56,094 bases of DNA. Source: a virus. The notes below the pieces were generated by a model. That model did not search any database. It was not told the DNA's origin and saw only the letters and a list, made by a program, of their open reading frames with translations. Shown here one piece after another: positions 29,368 through 38,660 of this stretch. Where the stretch lies: the IMG/VR virus record IMGVR_UViG_3300034069_002176; one strand, 5' to 3'. The position numbers and the translations under genes were made by a program. Each line of letters opens with the position of its first letter. Position 1 is the stretch's first letter.

Positions 29368-29637
29368 TTAGGCGTCTTGTTTGACGCGACCGTAGGGCTG
29401 CTCGATACCTCGACGAATCTTCTCCAAGAAGACCGAATCGGGCTCCTGGAAATCGACGATATAGACGAGAGAATCGGTGGTGTCCACAATGAAGTAGAAC
29501 TCGCGGAATAGAACAGGCGAATCGCCCTTGCTCCAAATCTCGATTGCGGAGAACTGGTCATTGAGAGTTTTGGTCTCGTACGTGAAATTACCTTCTGCGA
29601 CGAGGTTGTTGTCGCGAAGAATATCGAGCGCGGTCAT
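29368..29637 (-). CDS. Hypothetical protein
   Basis: GAAAGG RBS; TTGACA upstream on the minus strand. Confidence 0.65.
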   Translation of the reverse strand: MTALDILRDNNLVAEGNFTYETKTLNDQFSAIEIWSKGDSPVLFREFYFIVDTTDSLVYIVDFQEPDSVFLEKIRRGIEQPYGRVKQDA

Positions 29638-29755
29638 TTAAGGAACACCTTTCGAGTGTGATTGTTGGTTGATTTTGTCAATGACAAGGGTACACCTCGT
29701 AAGTTTGTTTCGAGAGTGTTACGATGGATTTACCCCCTTAGAGAGGCAACTCGTC

Positions 29756-29968
29756 ATGGCTTTGCAACCACCTCCGTTCTCTACCGTCGATGAGGCTATC
29801 TCATTGCCACATTCCGAGAAGAGTTCCATGACAATCGGGCAGCTACGGGCATTCATTAATGGCTGTGATGATGACATCGTGGTGTGGTTGAGCACCGCAG
29901 GTAAGGACTCATCAGTACGTCCTGTCCAGCACATGACGGCAGCACCGGGTTACTTGCTCATCAGCTAA
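29756..29968 (+). CDS. Small hypothetical protein
   Basis: Likely start MALQPP with GAGG RBS; MTIGQLRAFI...DDIVV. Confidence 0.55.
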   Translation: MALQPPPFSTVDEAISLPHSEKSSMTIGQLRAFINGCDDDIVVWLSTAGKDSSVRPVQHMTAAPGYLLIS

Positions 29969-30061
29969 CTAGTTCTCAGTTACTCATGGTATTCTTAGCC
30001 TAGATGCAACCGCCGCATCGGTTTACTTTTGAGCACGCTCTAAGACCCGGAGAACAACCCC

Positions 30062-30523
30062 ATGAGCAACACAGTTCGCACACCCATCGTGGACAAGAAC
30101 GGCAAGCCTACTCACGTCAACAAGAAGGCTGATGCTCATGCCACCAGTTCTCGTGTGGCTGCTGTTTCTCCGACCGTTTCGGCATATGAAGAGCCGGTCA
30201 CTTTGCGTCCCAGCGGTCTCACGTATGAAGAAATCGTGGCTCAGTTCTCCGACTTCGTTCCTACGCATAAATGGAAGCGCGACATCGAGCATAAGACCAA
30301 CGATGGCGTTATCTCGTTGCTGAACTACACTCGCAAGGAAGGTATCTCTACGGATACTCCGATTGCGCCCTCAGGGAAGACTTTCACAGAACTCCGTAGT
30401 CACTTCGATGGTCTTCACTTTGCCAAGGAAATGCTTTCCAACGACGAGCGAACCATGCTGACGTGGGCGGAGTCGCTCATTCACAAGATTGATTCCGAGG
30501 CTCCTGGCGGATACGCTCACTAG
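30062..30523 (+). CDS. DKNGK-tag family protein (unknown cargo)
   Basis: Starts MSNTVRTPIVDKNGKPTHVNKK; GGAG RBS. Confidence 0.8.
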   Translation: MSNTVRTPIVDKNGKPTHVNKKADAHATSSRVAAVSPTVSAYEEPVTLRPSGLTYEEIVAQFSDFVPTHKWKRDIEHKTNDGVISLLNYTRKEGISTDTPIAPSGKTFTELRSHFDGLHFAKEMLSNDERTMLTWAESLIHKIDSEAPGGYAH

Positions 30524-31425
30524 CTCAGCTTGGCAACAGCTACTGATAGTTCGTGCTCATAGCGAGGCTCGAACTCGATAACCTCTCCGGGGAAGTAGTT
30601 TCGCCAATCCGTGCGAAGTCCTGCACCGACGAACGAACCTGCAATACAAGCGATGGAGTCCGAGTCACCGCCTGTACGAACGGCACGGTGAAGTGCCTGG
30701 TTCGGGTTCTCGTAGACATCGAAGATCTTGGCAGGGAGAGCTAGTGCTTCGTCAGCAACCCAACCTTCTCCGATGTAGCTGCATGGGTCGTCGAAGTGGT
30801 TCGTAACAATAGAGTCAGGGGTGTTTTTCGCTTTGGCGAGGGCTTCGACAACCTCGTTGTTATCCGCGAAGTCGAGTAGATATTCAACAAGCTGTCCTCG
30901 GAAGACCTCGTGGTTGGCGATAGCCCAAACTGCGCGGGCAGTGAGCGCGCTTGCTTCTAAGGCGGCGGGGTGTCCGTGCGTGATCTTGGCTTGGTCCGAG
31001 GCAAGCTGGGTGATGTCTTCGATAGGACGGTCGAGCAGACCGAGCCATCCGGCGCGCATGTTGGCTCCGCAACCTTTTGATATGGTGATGGTACCGGTGA
31101 ACGGGTTACCGATTTCGCGGGATGCCGCGAAGTGACTGAGGGCGTTCATACAGGTGTTTCCTGGCGCACGATTGTTGTCTGGGTCGTCCATCCACCGGAG
31201 GAAGATATCTCCAATGGAGAGTAGCTCGGCAGTGGAGCCGGGGTCGTTGGGCATGAGCCCTTGTACGACGGCGAGCGCCATTTGTGTGTCGTCTGATACG
31301 ACAACGGGAGACGGAATGGATACGTCTCGGGGAATCTGGTCGAAGCGCTTGAATTCTGTCTTGTATCCCCAGCCGTCTCCGAGTGCCGAGAGGTAAAGTG
31401 TGTTGCTGACTGTTTGCGTATCCAT
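30520..31425 (-). CDS. ADP-ribosylglycohydrolase (ARH/DraG family)
   Basis: ALGDGWG, VSDDTQMAL, GCGANMR, ITHGHP and GGDSDSIACIAG motifs. Confidence 0.92.
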   Translation of the reverse strand: MDTQTVSNTLYLSALGDGWGYKTEFKRFDQIPRDVSIPSPVVVSDDTQMALAVVQGLMPNDPGSTAELLSIGDIFLRWMDDPDNNRAPGNTCMNALSHFAASREIGNPFTGTITISKGCGANMRAGWLGLLDRPIEDITQLASDQAKITHGHPAALEASALTARAVWAIANHEVFRGQLVEYLLDFADNNEVVEALAKAKNTPDSIVTNHFDDPCSYIGEGWVADEALALPAKIFDVYENPNQALHRAVRTGGDSDSIACIAGSFVGAGLRTDWRNYFPGEVIEFEPRYEHELSVAVAKLS

Positions 31426-31515
31426 ATGCGCTCCTTTGTTTGGCTCACCTTACACCCGACTAAGCGAGTAGCGCTACGTAAGCATTCGCGCTATAGTTAC
31501 TCTCAGGAGGAACTC

Positions 31516-32070
31516 ATGTTTGGACGTTTCCACAGGATAGAAAAGACGGTTGATGCACCGTCATATCCTGGCACCGTCACGTTCTCTCATGGCACCAGCG
31601 CCGGTAGCAAAGAAGCCGTGGTTAATTTCGTTGGATCGACGCCAGGTGACGCACTTGATGAGATGGTTATTGCCACCAAAAGGTATGTTGATTCGATTCG
31701 TGGAACAGTAAATGAAGCAGTCCTGCACGATGCAGATGCTTTCGTCTCATGCGGTTACTGGAGCTACCAATATGGCAGAACTCCGCAAGAGTACGGTTCT
31801 GGTTCGCGTGGAACCTTCAATGATGTCGTGCAAACGGTGGGGCATTATCGGACGATGTCGTTGCAGAACACCTTTGTTCGTGCCGAATCCGATGCCGTGG
31901 TTCGTCGGAATATTCGCTTCTCAGAACGCATGAACGATAGCGATGATGCCGCTATCAGCACAAGGTTGTTGTGGGATGCTACGGAAGAAGAACTCGCCTA
32001 TAGCCCCGCCTTTTCTGCTGTGCGGTATCTCTCCGAGGCAATACCTCGGTTTGAAGCGGCTATTGCTTAG
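31516..32070 (+). CDS. Hypothetical protein
   Basis: AGGAGG RBS before MFGRF. Confidence 0.7.
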   Translation: MFGRFHRIEKTVDAPSYPGTVTFSHGTSAGSKEAVVNFVGSTPGDALDEMVIATKRYVDSIRGTVNEAVLHDADAFVSCGYWSYQYGRTPQEYGSGSRGTFNDVVQTVGHYRTMSLQNTFVRAESDAVVRRNIRFSERMNDSDDAAISTRLLWDATEEELAYSPAFSAVRYLSEAIPRFEAAIA

Positions 32071-32267
32071 CGCTCACCGAAAGAGACAGCATTGCGCTTG
32101 ACGGAAGCTCGCGTGCTCTCGCGACGACCCATCACCTTCGCCTGAGCGGGAAGGATACCGCCGTGAACTCCGGCAGCGCCCGAAAGGGAACGACCGATGT
32201 GTGCAGCAATGGCAGCCTTGTTCTCGACAGGGCGGTAAGCAATCGGGATTTCTTTACGCTTCGACAT
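32067..32267 (-). CDS. Small basic protein
   Basis: GAAAGG RBS before MSKRKE; SGAAGVH...R-rich tail. Confidence 0.65.
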   Translation of the reverse strand: MSKRKEIPIAYRPVENKAAIAAHIGRSLSGAAGVHGGILPAQAKVMGRRESTRASVKRNAVSFGER

Positions 32268-32371
32268 GATGTTTCCTTTCTTGGTTTCGGATGATGTAGT
32301 TTTAGTATACACACTTTTCTACGTTACACACAAGTTTTGTTAGGGGTACAAATTCTTCTAGTGTAGAAGTT

Positions 32372-32656
32372 TTGCGAAAAGCCTCGAAGGAGCGAAACCT
32401 TCTAGTAAAATCCATTTATGCCAAATCGGATATCGAAGTGTCAACGGAGCTAGCTGTTCCGTCAGTGACAGAGCGCGTCCGCTTTGCTTACATGCGCCGA
32501 GAACAACAGCCGCCCGCTATTTCAGCGGATAGATTTATCACAACTTACGAAGCTCTGTGTGTCAACCACTACGTCCAACAGATGATTCCTAAGCCGCGAC
32601 CTGTGTGGATTACCGGCGAGGAAGACACACGGCACCAGTTGGAAGTATTCCTCTAA
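32372..32656 (+). CDS. Hypothetical protein
   Basis: 94-aa ORF; start uncertain. Confidence 0.45.
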   Translation: MRKASKERNLLVKSIYAKSDIEVSTELAVPSVTERVRFAYMRREQQPPAISADRFITTYEALCVNHYVQQMIPKPRPVWITGEEDTRHQLEVFL

Positions 32657-32706
32657 TCGTTCGATTTTACTCGCACTGTTCAATCTAGAGGGGTACACTC
32701 GTCCGC

Positions 32707-33252
32707 GTGTCCAAGCCACTAATCATCTCCGACTTCGATGGAGTCTTCAACATCGTCAACGTCATTGACGCTGCTCGTGAAGTATGGGCTGATGTCGAAG
32801 ACTATTCGTTCGATGCAGAATCCGGTCATCTCGGGAAAATCTATCGTCTTGGTTCGATGTCGTCACCCACCCTCATCAAGAATTTCTCCCGTATCGTATC
32901 TTCGGATGCCGTTGAAGCTAAATGGTTGACTACATGGAAGCAGGACACAGAAGCGTTCCCTGCCGCCCTTGGGTTCCCCGTTATGGAATGGCTGGATGAG
33001 CCGAAAGACCTGCCATACGATCCGTGGTGGAAACTCGTTGTCATGCAGAACCTTGTCGCGGAGGTCGGCTCAGATACACCGATTCTCTGGATTGACGATG
33101 ATATCAACATGAATGGTGACACTCAGGAATGGCTACCAACCGTTCCGCAGGTCGAGGCAATGTCGCCTGACACTTTCAAAGGACTTACACCTACCGAGGT
33201 GGCACAAATTAGCTCGTTCGTAGAAAAACACACAGGAGCAAAAATTGACTAA
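32707..33252 (+). CDS. HAD-superfamily phosphatase (Swiss-Army-knife RNA-repair-like type)
   Basis: IISDFDGVFN, WLTTW, WWK and ILWIDDD motifs; leaderless start after TACACT. Confidence 0.8.
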   Translation: MSKPLIISDFDGVFNIVNVIDAAREVWADVEDYSFDAESGHLGKIYRLGSMSSPTLIKNFSRIVSSDAVEAKWLTTWKQDTEAFPAALGFPVMEWLDEPKDLPYDPWWKLVVMQNLVAEVGSDTPILWIDDDINMNGDTQEWLPTVPQVEAMSPDTFKGLTPTEVAQISSFVEKHTGAKID

Positions 33253-33511
33253 CGAATACCCCTACATCACAATGCTAAAGAGCAATGGCTACAAGTTTCC
33301 CAAGCTGGGCAGTAATGAACACAAGCGTTTCGTCTATACAGAACTGACAGCCAAGTTGTTGATCGTTGATGCCGAGGGCAAACCGTTCCTAAAGAATGAG
33401 AGCAGTGTCATTGATGCGGCTCTTTCAGAAATCGAAGAAGCGTGGTTGGAGTTCAAAGAAATCGGTCTTTACGAACCATATGACGGTAGGAAAGAGAAAG
33501 TAGCCGCCTGA
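33245..33511 (+). CDS. Hypothetical protein
   Basis: AGGAG RBS, TTG start; ends EKVAA. Confidence 0.65.
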   Translation: MTNEYPYITMLKSNGYKFPKLGSNEHKRFVYTELTAKLLIVDAEGKPFLKNESSVIDAALSEIEEAWLEFKEIGLYEPYDGRKEKVAA

Positions 33512-33579
33512 TTGGCGTTACCACCTCTTAGCCGATATACTTACCGTGATGCATACGGCATCACTTCGAAAGGTCTATT

Positions 33580-33819
33580 TTGTCTTACCTCGCCATCTCG
33601 CTCGAAGAGCGTGACTTCGCCATCGATATCGCACGAAGGGTAATCAAGTCTCATACCGTCGCCCCGTCGAGCGACCTGATGACGCAGTATCTCTCGCAGG
33701 GTGCGGGTATCTCCGAGGAAGACGCCAATGCAATCCTTCGCGAACTCGTTGATGCCGGAGAGCTTGAATACAAGTACGGCACCGGTTTCACTCGCGGCGA
33801 ATCGTTCGTCAAAGAATGA
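33580..33819 (+). CDS. Small protein, possible winged helix
   Basis: GAAAGG RBS; SEEDANAILRELVDAGELEY. Confidence 0.6.
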   Translation: MSYLAISLEERDFAIDIARRVIKSHTVAPSSDLMTQYLSQGAGISEEDANAILRELVDAGELEYKYGTGFTRGESFVKE

Positions 33820-34001
33820 CTGGACCGGTCGTTCACTTTCCCGTTGAAGCCGTCATTGATTTTGATGGAAACTCGCAGTTATTCGAGGTGTGCGGCTGCG
33901 ATCCACGGTATGAATACCCGATGGGGCATGAAGACTTCGAAGACGATTCTTTCTCCCGTCTGCTCGAAAACCACCGGCTGGAAGACCTTCCTCCCTTCTG
34001 A
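33816..34001 (+). CDS. Small hypothetical protein
   Basis: ATGA overlap; CGC motif. Confidence 0.5.
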   Translation: MTGPVVHFPVEAVIDFDGNSQLFEVCGCDPRYEYPMGHEDFEDDSFSRLLENHRLEDLPPF

Positions 34002-34030
34002 TCCATATCGTTCCACTTGACTCCACATTG

Positions 34031-34065
34031 GAGTGTCGGGATGTTCGGCTACAATGGAGATAACC
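34031..34065 (+). promoter_or_regulatory. Non-canonical promoter GAGTGTCG-N11-TACAAT-GGAGATAACC
   Basis: Flanking boxes identical to 38613-38647; heads the three-gene DKNGK cluster. Confidence 0.7.
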
Positions 34066-34088
34066 CCATCCTGTGAGGAAGAACCATC

Positions 34089-34790
34089 ATGGCTGCAAGC
34101 AATAACACTGCCCCGAAGTACATCACCGACAAGAACGGTAAAATCACTACCGTTCACGCCCTTACCGAACCCAAGAACTCGAAATCGAACTCTCGTGTTC
34201 AGGCGCTGGGAAGACGGAGTACAACTACTCGCGATGATGGAACCGAGCGTAAGAGCCTTTTCCTCTCATCTACCGAAACCGCCAAACTCATCCGCGAGAC
34301 TCTCAAGGAGCAGTTCTCTGCTGAGTACCCCGACACCAAGTTCTCCGTACGTTCGTCTAGCTACTCCGGTGGTGCGTCTATCAACGTCTCCTACACCGAT
34401 GGTCCTTCTGATAAAGAGGTCAAGGAAGTAGTTGGCGGGTATGCAGGCTCGACATTCAATGGCATGATCGACCTCAAAGAGTACAAGTCTTCCAAGGCTG
34501 AGGATGGCACCGAGGTACACTACGGCTCCGACTACGTTTTCGTGCGTCGTGAAATCTCCGACAACAAGCGCGAGGACTACATGAAAGAACTCGCTGGCAT
34601 GCTCGGTGTTTCCGAAGTAGACCCAAACCGTCTGTACGAAACCCCTTCCGAAATCTACATGATGCGTGACAAGTACCGCGACCAGATTGGTAACCGTAGC
34701 ATTCGCTACGAAACCTACGCCAGCGAACTCGTCGAGGTAATCGCCATCGCTCGTGGCAAGGAAGAGCGTCAGGCGGCTCGCCATGAGTGA
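34089..34790 (+). CDS. DKNGK-tag protein carrying an LPD29-like (large polyvalent protein-associated) domain
   Basis: YITDKNGKITTVH tag; ETAKLIRETLKEQF...KFSVRSSSYSGGASINVSYTDGP...FNGMIDLKEY matches the LPD29 pattern as I recall it. Confidence 0.8.
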   Translation: MAASNNTAPKYITDKNGKITTVHALTEPKNSKSNSRVQALGRRSTTTRDDGTERKSLFLSSTETAKLIRETLKEQFSAEYPDTKFSVRSSSYSGGASINVSYTDGPSDKEVKEVVGGYAGSTFNGMIDLKEYKSSKAEDGTEVHYGSDYVFVRREISDNKREDYMKELAGMLGVSEVDPNRLYETPSEIYMMRDKYRDQIGNRSIRYETYASELVEVIAIARGKEERQAARHE

Positions 34791-35544
34791 CTCCAACCTC
34801 GTCAAAGTTCCCATCGTGGACAAGAACGGTAAGTCCACTACCGTACACAAGCGTGATGCCGACGCCGATAAGGGTAAGTCTCGTATCGGATCTGTCGGTG
34901 CGCCGAAAAGCAATCAGTCTGACAATAGTGAACTCGCCGCCGAGATCGATACCGAGATTTCCAAGGTGCAATCACAGTTGGACGTTATTAGTGCGAAGAT
35001 AAAGGCGTTGCAGGATGAAGCCAATCCTCTCGTAGAGCAGCGTAGTGAACTTATTGACATGAAGATGGAAGCCGAAGCGGGTAAGATTACTACCGACTCT
35101 CCCATCGAAGACATTCAAGCGTTGAACGATTTGGCATTCAGTCATTCAAGTGCCGCCAAGAACGAAAAAGAATGGGTGCGAGCTATCAACCCTCGTTTCA
35201 GGACCAGTTCGTACGACCAGGATAACCGTGTTCCGATTTTGCAGATGGACTTCGCTTACGAAGAGGCTATTACCGATGATTTGGTAGAAGATATTTCTAC
35301 CTTCTTGAACACGGTTGCAAACGGTCGTGACGAAGTGAGCTTTGAGCTTCTCAATATCGATGAGGACTCGCATTCTGTTGCGGTGAATCTTACCGATGGT
35401 ACGGCGACAGTGACACGTTACGGTCGTACTTACTGGAAGTTCGGAGACAATCCGAAGCCGCTTAAGAAGACTTTGGAGTGGGTCACAAAGAATCTACCGT
35501 TCACCGTTCCTGAGGGATCTTCATACCACCCTGACGATTACTGA
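34783..35544 (+). CDS. DKNGK-tag family protein (coiled coil plus unknown domain)
   Basis: Starts MSDSNLVKVPIVDKNGKSTTVHKR; overlaps the upstream stop. Confidence 0.8.
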   Translation: MSDSNLVKVPIVDKNGKSTTVHKRDADADKGKSRIGSVGAPKSNQSDNSELAAEIDTEISKVQSQLDVISAKIKALQDEANPLVEQRSELIDMKMEAEAGKITTDSPIEDIQALNDLAFSHSSAAKNEKEWVRAINPRFRTSSYDQDNRVPILQMDFAYEEAITDDLVEDISTFLNTVANGRDEVSFELLNIDEDSHSVAVNLTDGTATVTRYGRTYWKFGDNPKPLKKTLEWVTKNLPFTVPEGSSYHPDDY

Positions 35545-35581
35545 GCGCTAAGCATTACTTCCTAGAACAAAAAGGTTCGTA

Positions 35582-36370
35582 ATGGGCAACAACACTGTTC
35601 TTACGCCCGTTGTGGACAAGAACGGCAAGCAGACTCATGTCTGGAAAAATGCCGTCACGTTGGCAAAGGACAGAGTTCCTGGCGGACCACCTCCTGTTAA
35701 GCACAGTCCCACCGATGAAGCTTTCTTCGAGAAGATGCGTATGAAGCATGACATGGTTGTGTTCAATGGCAAGGAGTGGGCGCTTGGACCCGAAGGTATG
35801 TCTGGGGCATATTGCTTTCAATGCGATGGGTACTTCAGTAAGGAACTCATTCATACGTCGGGCATCGCAGCATTTGAATGCTCTCATTGTGGCGCTGGTG
35901 CTCTCGAAGGACTGACGGGTGTGGCTATCGCTTATGACTCGCAGAAATTCCTTGATGAAGAGACGACTTTGACAAGCACATGGTTCCACTCGACCGTCAA
36001 TCCAAATTGGGATACGGAACTTCAGGCGTATCAAGGTGAAGACACTCCGATGGTGCATCTCGGCACAATGGAAGCGGCAACTGTCCGTATGAACGACCTT
36101 CAACTGGAGAATTCTCATAGTAGCGAGACGCCACTTAAGTTCTACATTTACGAGGTGAAGTTGCTACCCACCATGAGCCTTTCGAGCGCGCTTGCGGATG
36201 ACAATAACGAACTCGCTCCCGAGACTGTTGCTGATTGGCGTAGAGACCAATTCGAAGAATACGACCTGTTTGGTGCCACTCGTTACGTGAACATGTATGA
36301 AGCAGCCGGTTCGATCAGCTTACTAGCCAACCCGCATCATTTCGAAGTTGTGAATCGGGTAGAAGTCTAG
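35582..36370 (+). CDS. DKNGK-tag protein with a Zn-ribbon and a possible ADP-ribosyltransferase-like domain
   Basis: TPVVDKNGKQTHVWKN tag; CFQC/CSHC; WFHST...VHLGT...A...FYIYEV...YVNMYE pattern (tentative ART fold). Confidence 0.75.
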   Translation: MGNNTVLTPVVDKNGKQTHVWKNAVTLAKDRVPGGPPPVKHSPTDEAFFEKMRMKHDMVVFNGKEWALGPEGMSGAYCFQCDGYFSKELIHTSGIAAFECSHCGAGALEGLTGVAIAYDSQKFLDEETTLTSTWFHSTVNPNWDTELQAYQGEDTPMVHLGTMEAATVRMNDLQLENSHSSETPLKFYIYEVKLLPTMSLSSALADDNNELAPETVADWRRDQFEEYDLFGATRYVNMYEAAGSISLLANPHHFEVVNRVEV

Positions 36371-36430
36371 ATTTTCCAACATCATGACTAATTCGTGTGC
36401 GACGATACCGGTATACGAAAGAGAGTGATT

Positions 36431-36883
36431 ATGACGAAATTCATCAAAGGCTTCAAGAACGATTACCGCTTCCTGTCCAACTTCACGTACACAACGGTGG
36501 AGTACGAAGGCACGAAGTACCCGACTATTGAGCATGCTTTTCAAGCAGCTAAATTCGACGACCTGGACTACCGTGAAGTTATCGCTGATGCAGAGACTCC
36601 TGGTGATGCCAAAGTGCTCGGTAAGACGCGTGAGCACCCGCTACGTGAAGGATGGAATGAAGGTCTCGCCGTACAGGTAATGGCAGGATTGGTTGCTCAG
36701 AAGTTTAGCAAGGGCGGGTACCGTGACAGATTGCTTGCTACTGGCGATGCCATTCTTGTGGAGACAAATCATTGGGGTGATGACATCTGGGGAGATTCAA
36801 CAACAACCGATGAGCCGGGTCGAAATCAACTCGGAATCATCTTGATGTCCGTTCGAGCCGGTTTGCAAGCCGCGACGCGCTAA
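36431..36883 (+). CDS. NADAR (YbiA-like) family protein
   Basis: FLSNF, YPTIEHAFQAAK, KF, LLATGDAILVE, DDIWG and GRNQLGIILM motifs. Confidence 0.92.
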   Translation: MTKFIKGFKNDYRFLSNFTYTTVEYEGTKYPTIEHAFQAAKFDDLDYREVIADAETPGDAKVLGKTREHPLREGWNEGLAVQVMAGLVAQKFSKGGYRDRLLATGDAILVETNHWGDDIWGDSTTTDEPGRNQLGIILMSVRAGLQAATR

Positions 36884-36914
36884 ACTGGTCTCGACACGCA
36901 AGGAGCTTATTCCT

Positions 36915-37184
36915 ATGCCTTTCTTCCAAGGTATCGCCCATTGGTTTGAACCACTCGCGGCAAAGTACCATATGCTGCACCCTCTCACAGAGCCAGGGAC
37001 GATCATCCTTATTTTCATCATTGGTGCTATTGCCGTCCTGTACTACATCTCGGGTAGTTGGTTTGGTGGCGGTGGAAGTGAGGGTGGTCGTGGCTGGGGT
37101 TGGAGTCGCAACCGTTACGATGACGATTATCAAGACGGCTATGAAGATGGTCGGGAGGATCAGAGATACGACGACCGTTACTGA
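36915..37184 (+). CDS. Small single-TM protein with a Gly-rich and Asp/Tyr/Arg-repeat tail
   Basis: AAGGAG RBS; RYDDDYQDGYEDGREDQRYDDRY. Confidence 0.7.
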   Translation: MPFFQGIAHWFEPLAAKYHMLHPLTEPGTIILIFIIGAIAVLYYISGSWFGGGGSEGGRGWGWSRNRYDDDYQDGYEDGREDQRYDDRY

Positions 37185-37188
37185 ACGC

Positions 37189-37229
37189 AGAAACACCCCG
37201 GAGCTAAATGTTCCGGGGTGTTTCTCTTT
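37189..37229. terminator. Bidirectional intrinsic terminator
   Basis: AGAAACACCCCGGA/TCCGGGGTGTTTCT plus a T tail. Confidence 0.85.
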
Positions 37230-37252
37230 GGTCTTTCTTGTGGCGAACTCGC

Positions 37253-37459
37253 TTAGACGAGAGCGCCCTTCTCGAACGCCTCAGCGACCTCGGCACCCGA
37301 CGCGCCCTCAGCGACATCGATGAAGGTCTGGGTCGGAACGGAGTTCTTGACGACCTCGTAGTAGTCACGCCCGTTGGCGGTGGTGTAGAAGTCGGCTTCG
37401 ATGGTGGTATCGACGGACTTCAGGATGGTGAGCTTCTGAGCGGTAACGGTCTTCGACAT
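37253..37459 (-). CDS. Small, probably highly expressed protein
   Basis: GAAAGG RBS; promoter TTGCAC-N17-TAGAGT (37535-37563); very strong C/G-ending codon bias. Confidence 0.75.
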   Translation of the reverse strand: MSKTVTAQKLTILKSVDTTIEADFYTTANGRDYYEVVKNSVPTQTFIDVAEGASGAEVAEAFEKGALV

Positions 37460-37589
37460 GATTGATGCCTTTCGTGTGGTGCGGGAAGGGATAAATTTTG
37501 TGTTAGCTAAGCAGTTTGCTTGGCTACAAGAACTACTCTACGCCGCGTTTTGAAGTTGTGCAAGTCAAGTTGAATTTCGGGCGTGTCGC

Positions 37590-37880
37590 TTAAGCTTTAT
37601 GCACAACCGCGTATGAGTCTTTGGCACAAACATAGGAATTGGCGGCTGGAACGCCGTTATGTGCCACGACAATAGTCGTCAGTCCGTCCTTGCGGTGGTT
37701 GACCTTGTGAATGGTTTTTACGCCATGCTCAGGTCGTCGTTCTCCTGTCACCAAGTCGCTGTTATGGGTAGGAGTGATGACACGGTAATTGCCCCATGCG
37801 AGAAGCTTAGCGGCGCTGAGTTCAACAATAACCCAGCCGCGATGGACGAAACTGTCGAGGTTTTTGACATCAATGCGCAT
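37590..37880 (-). CDS. Hypothetical protein
   Basis: 96-aa ORF in a minus-strand run. Confidence 0.55.
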   Translation of the reverse strand: MRIDVKNLDSFVHRGWVIVELSAAKLLAWGNYRVITPTHNSDLVTGERRPEHGVKTIHKVNHRKDGLTTIVVAHNGVPAANSYVCAKDSYAVVHKA

Positions 37881-37883
37881 CGG

Positions 37884-38183
37884 TTAGATCTTCACTTCCA
37901 TGACGATTGAATGTGCATTGCGGTCACGGTCGGTCCAAAGGATGCGAATGCTCGGAAACTTCGCGCCGCCTGCTCGAACTGCCTTGAAACGCTCGCTAGT
38001 TCCTGATGCAGCGACCTGATGCTGGTAAAAAGAACGCGGCTCAATACGAGTGCTGTTGTCTGGCTCGATACGAACATTGTAGGCGGTTGATGGTCCGGCA
38101 TTGAACAATGAAACATTGCCGAAGCGGTCGGGCGCAGTCAGTTGCCACGAAAAGAAATGTCGCACGGTGTTGTTCTCCTTCAC
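37884..38183 (-). CDS. Hypothetical protein
   Basis: 99-aa ORF; leaderless GTG after TAGTAT. Confidence 0.6.
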   Translation of the reverse strand: MKENNTVRHFFSWQLTAPDRFGNVSLFNAGPSTAYNVRIEPDNSTRIEPRSFYQHQVAASGTSERFKAVRAGGAKFPSIRILWTDRDRNAHSIVMEVKI

Positions 38184-38207
38184 AGGGATACTAGCACCGT
38201 TCGGAAG

Positions 38208-38549
38208 CTATTTTATGGCGTATGCGATGATAGAAAAATCGCTCTTGCTGCTCGTCGTACTGACGTTCCAATGCTTCTTCGGATTCAAGTCAAGATAGAG
38301 CTTCGTGCTGTGCCCCGAGTGACGCGTGTCGAGGTACATGCTGTGGTCATAAGCAGAAAGTTCGATGTAGTAGTGATCACTCCATACAATGGAAGGAGTA
38401 ATTTCGACGTTTCTGGATTTCAGCGACACTTCCCAGACTTTGAAGTTGGGCTCGTTGAACACCAACTCGATTCTTTTAACAGCAACAATTCCCTTTTGGA
38501 AATCGAGCAGACCGGGTGTATCAATGCGACGCTTGGACATGACAGTCAT
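38208..38549 (-). CDS. Hypothetical protein
   Basis: GAAAGG RBS; TTGACA...TACTCT promoter upstream. Confidence 0.65.
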   Translation of the reverse strand: MTVMSKRRIDTPGLLDFQKGIVAVKRIELVFNEPNFKVWEVSLKSRNVEITPSIVWSDHYYIELSAYDHSMYLDTRHSGHSTKLYLDLNPKKHWNVSTTSSKSDFSIIAYAIK

Positions 38550-38612
38550 ACACCTTTCTACTAGTGTGCATTTACCAGAGTAGGGGTATGACTACTTCTT
38601 TGTCAAGGCAGA

Positions 38613-38647
38613 GAGTGTCGCCCCTAAGCTCTACAATGGAGATAACC
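38613..38647 (+). promoter_or_regulatory. Non-canonical promoter GAGTGTCG-N11-TACAAT-GGAGATAACC
   Basis: Matches 34031-34065. Confidence 0.7.
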
Positions 38648-38660
38648 AAGAAGGAGCATT

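Noticed and set aside
29985-30061. GTCG-N11 promoter upstream of the 30062 DKNGK gene
   Set aside because: The nearest candidates (ATCG-N13-CACGCT; TCTCA-N11-TATTCT) do not fit the motif, so it is counted as an exception.
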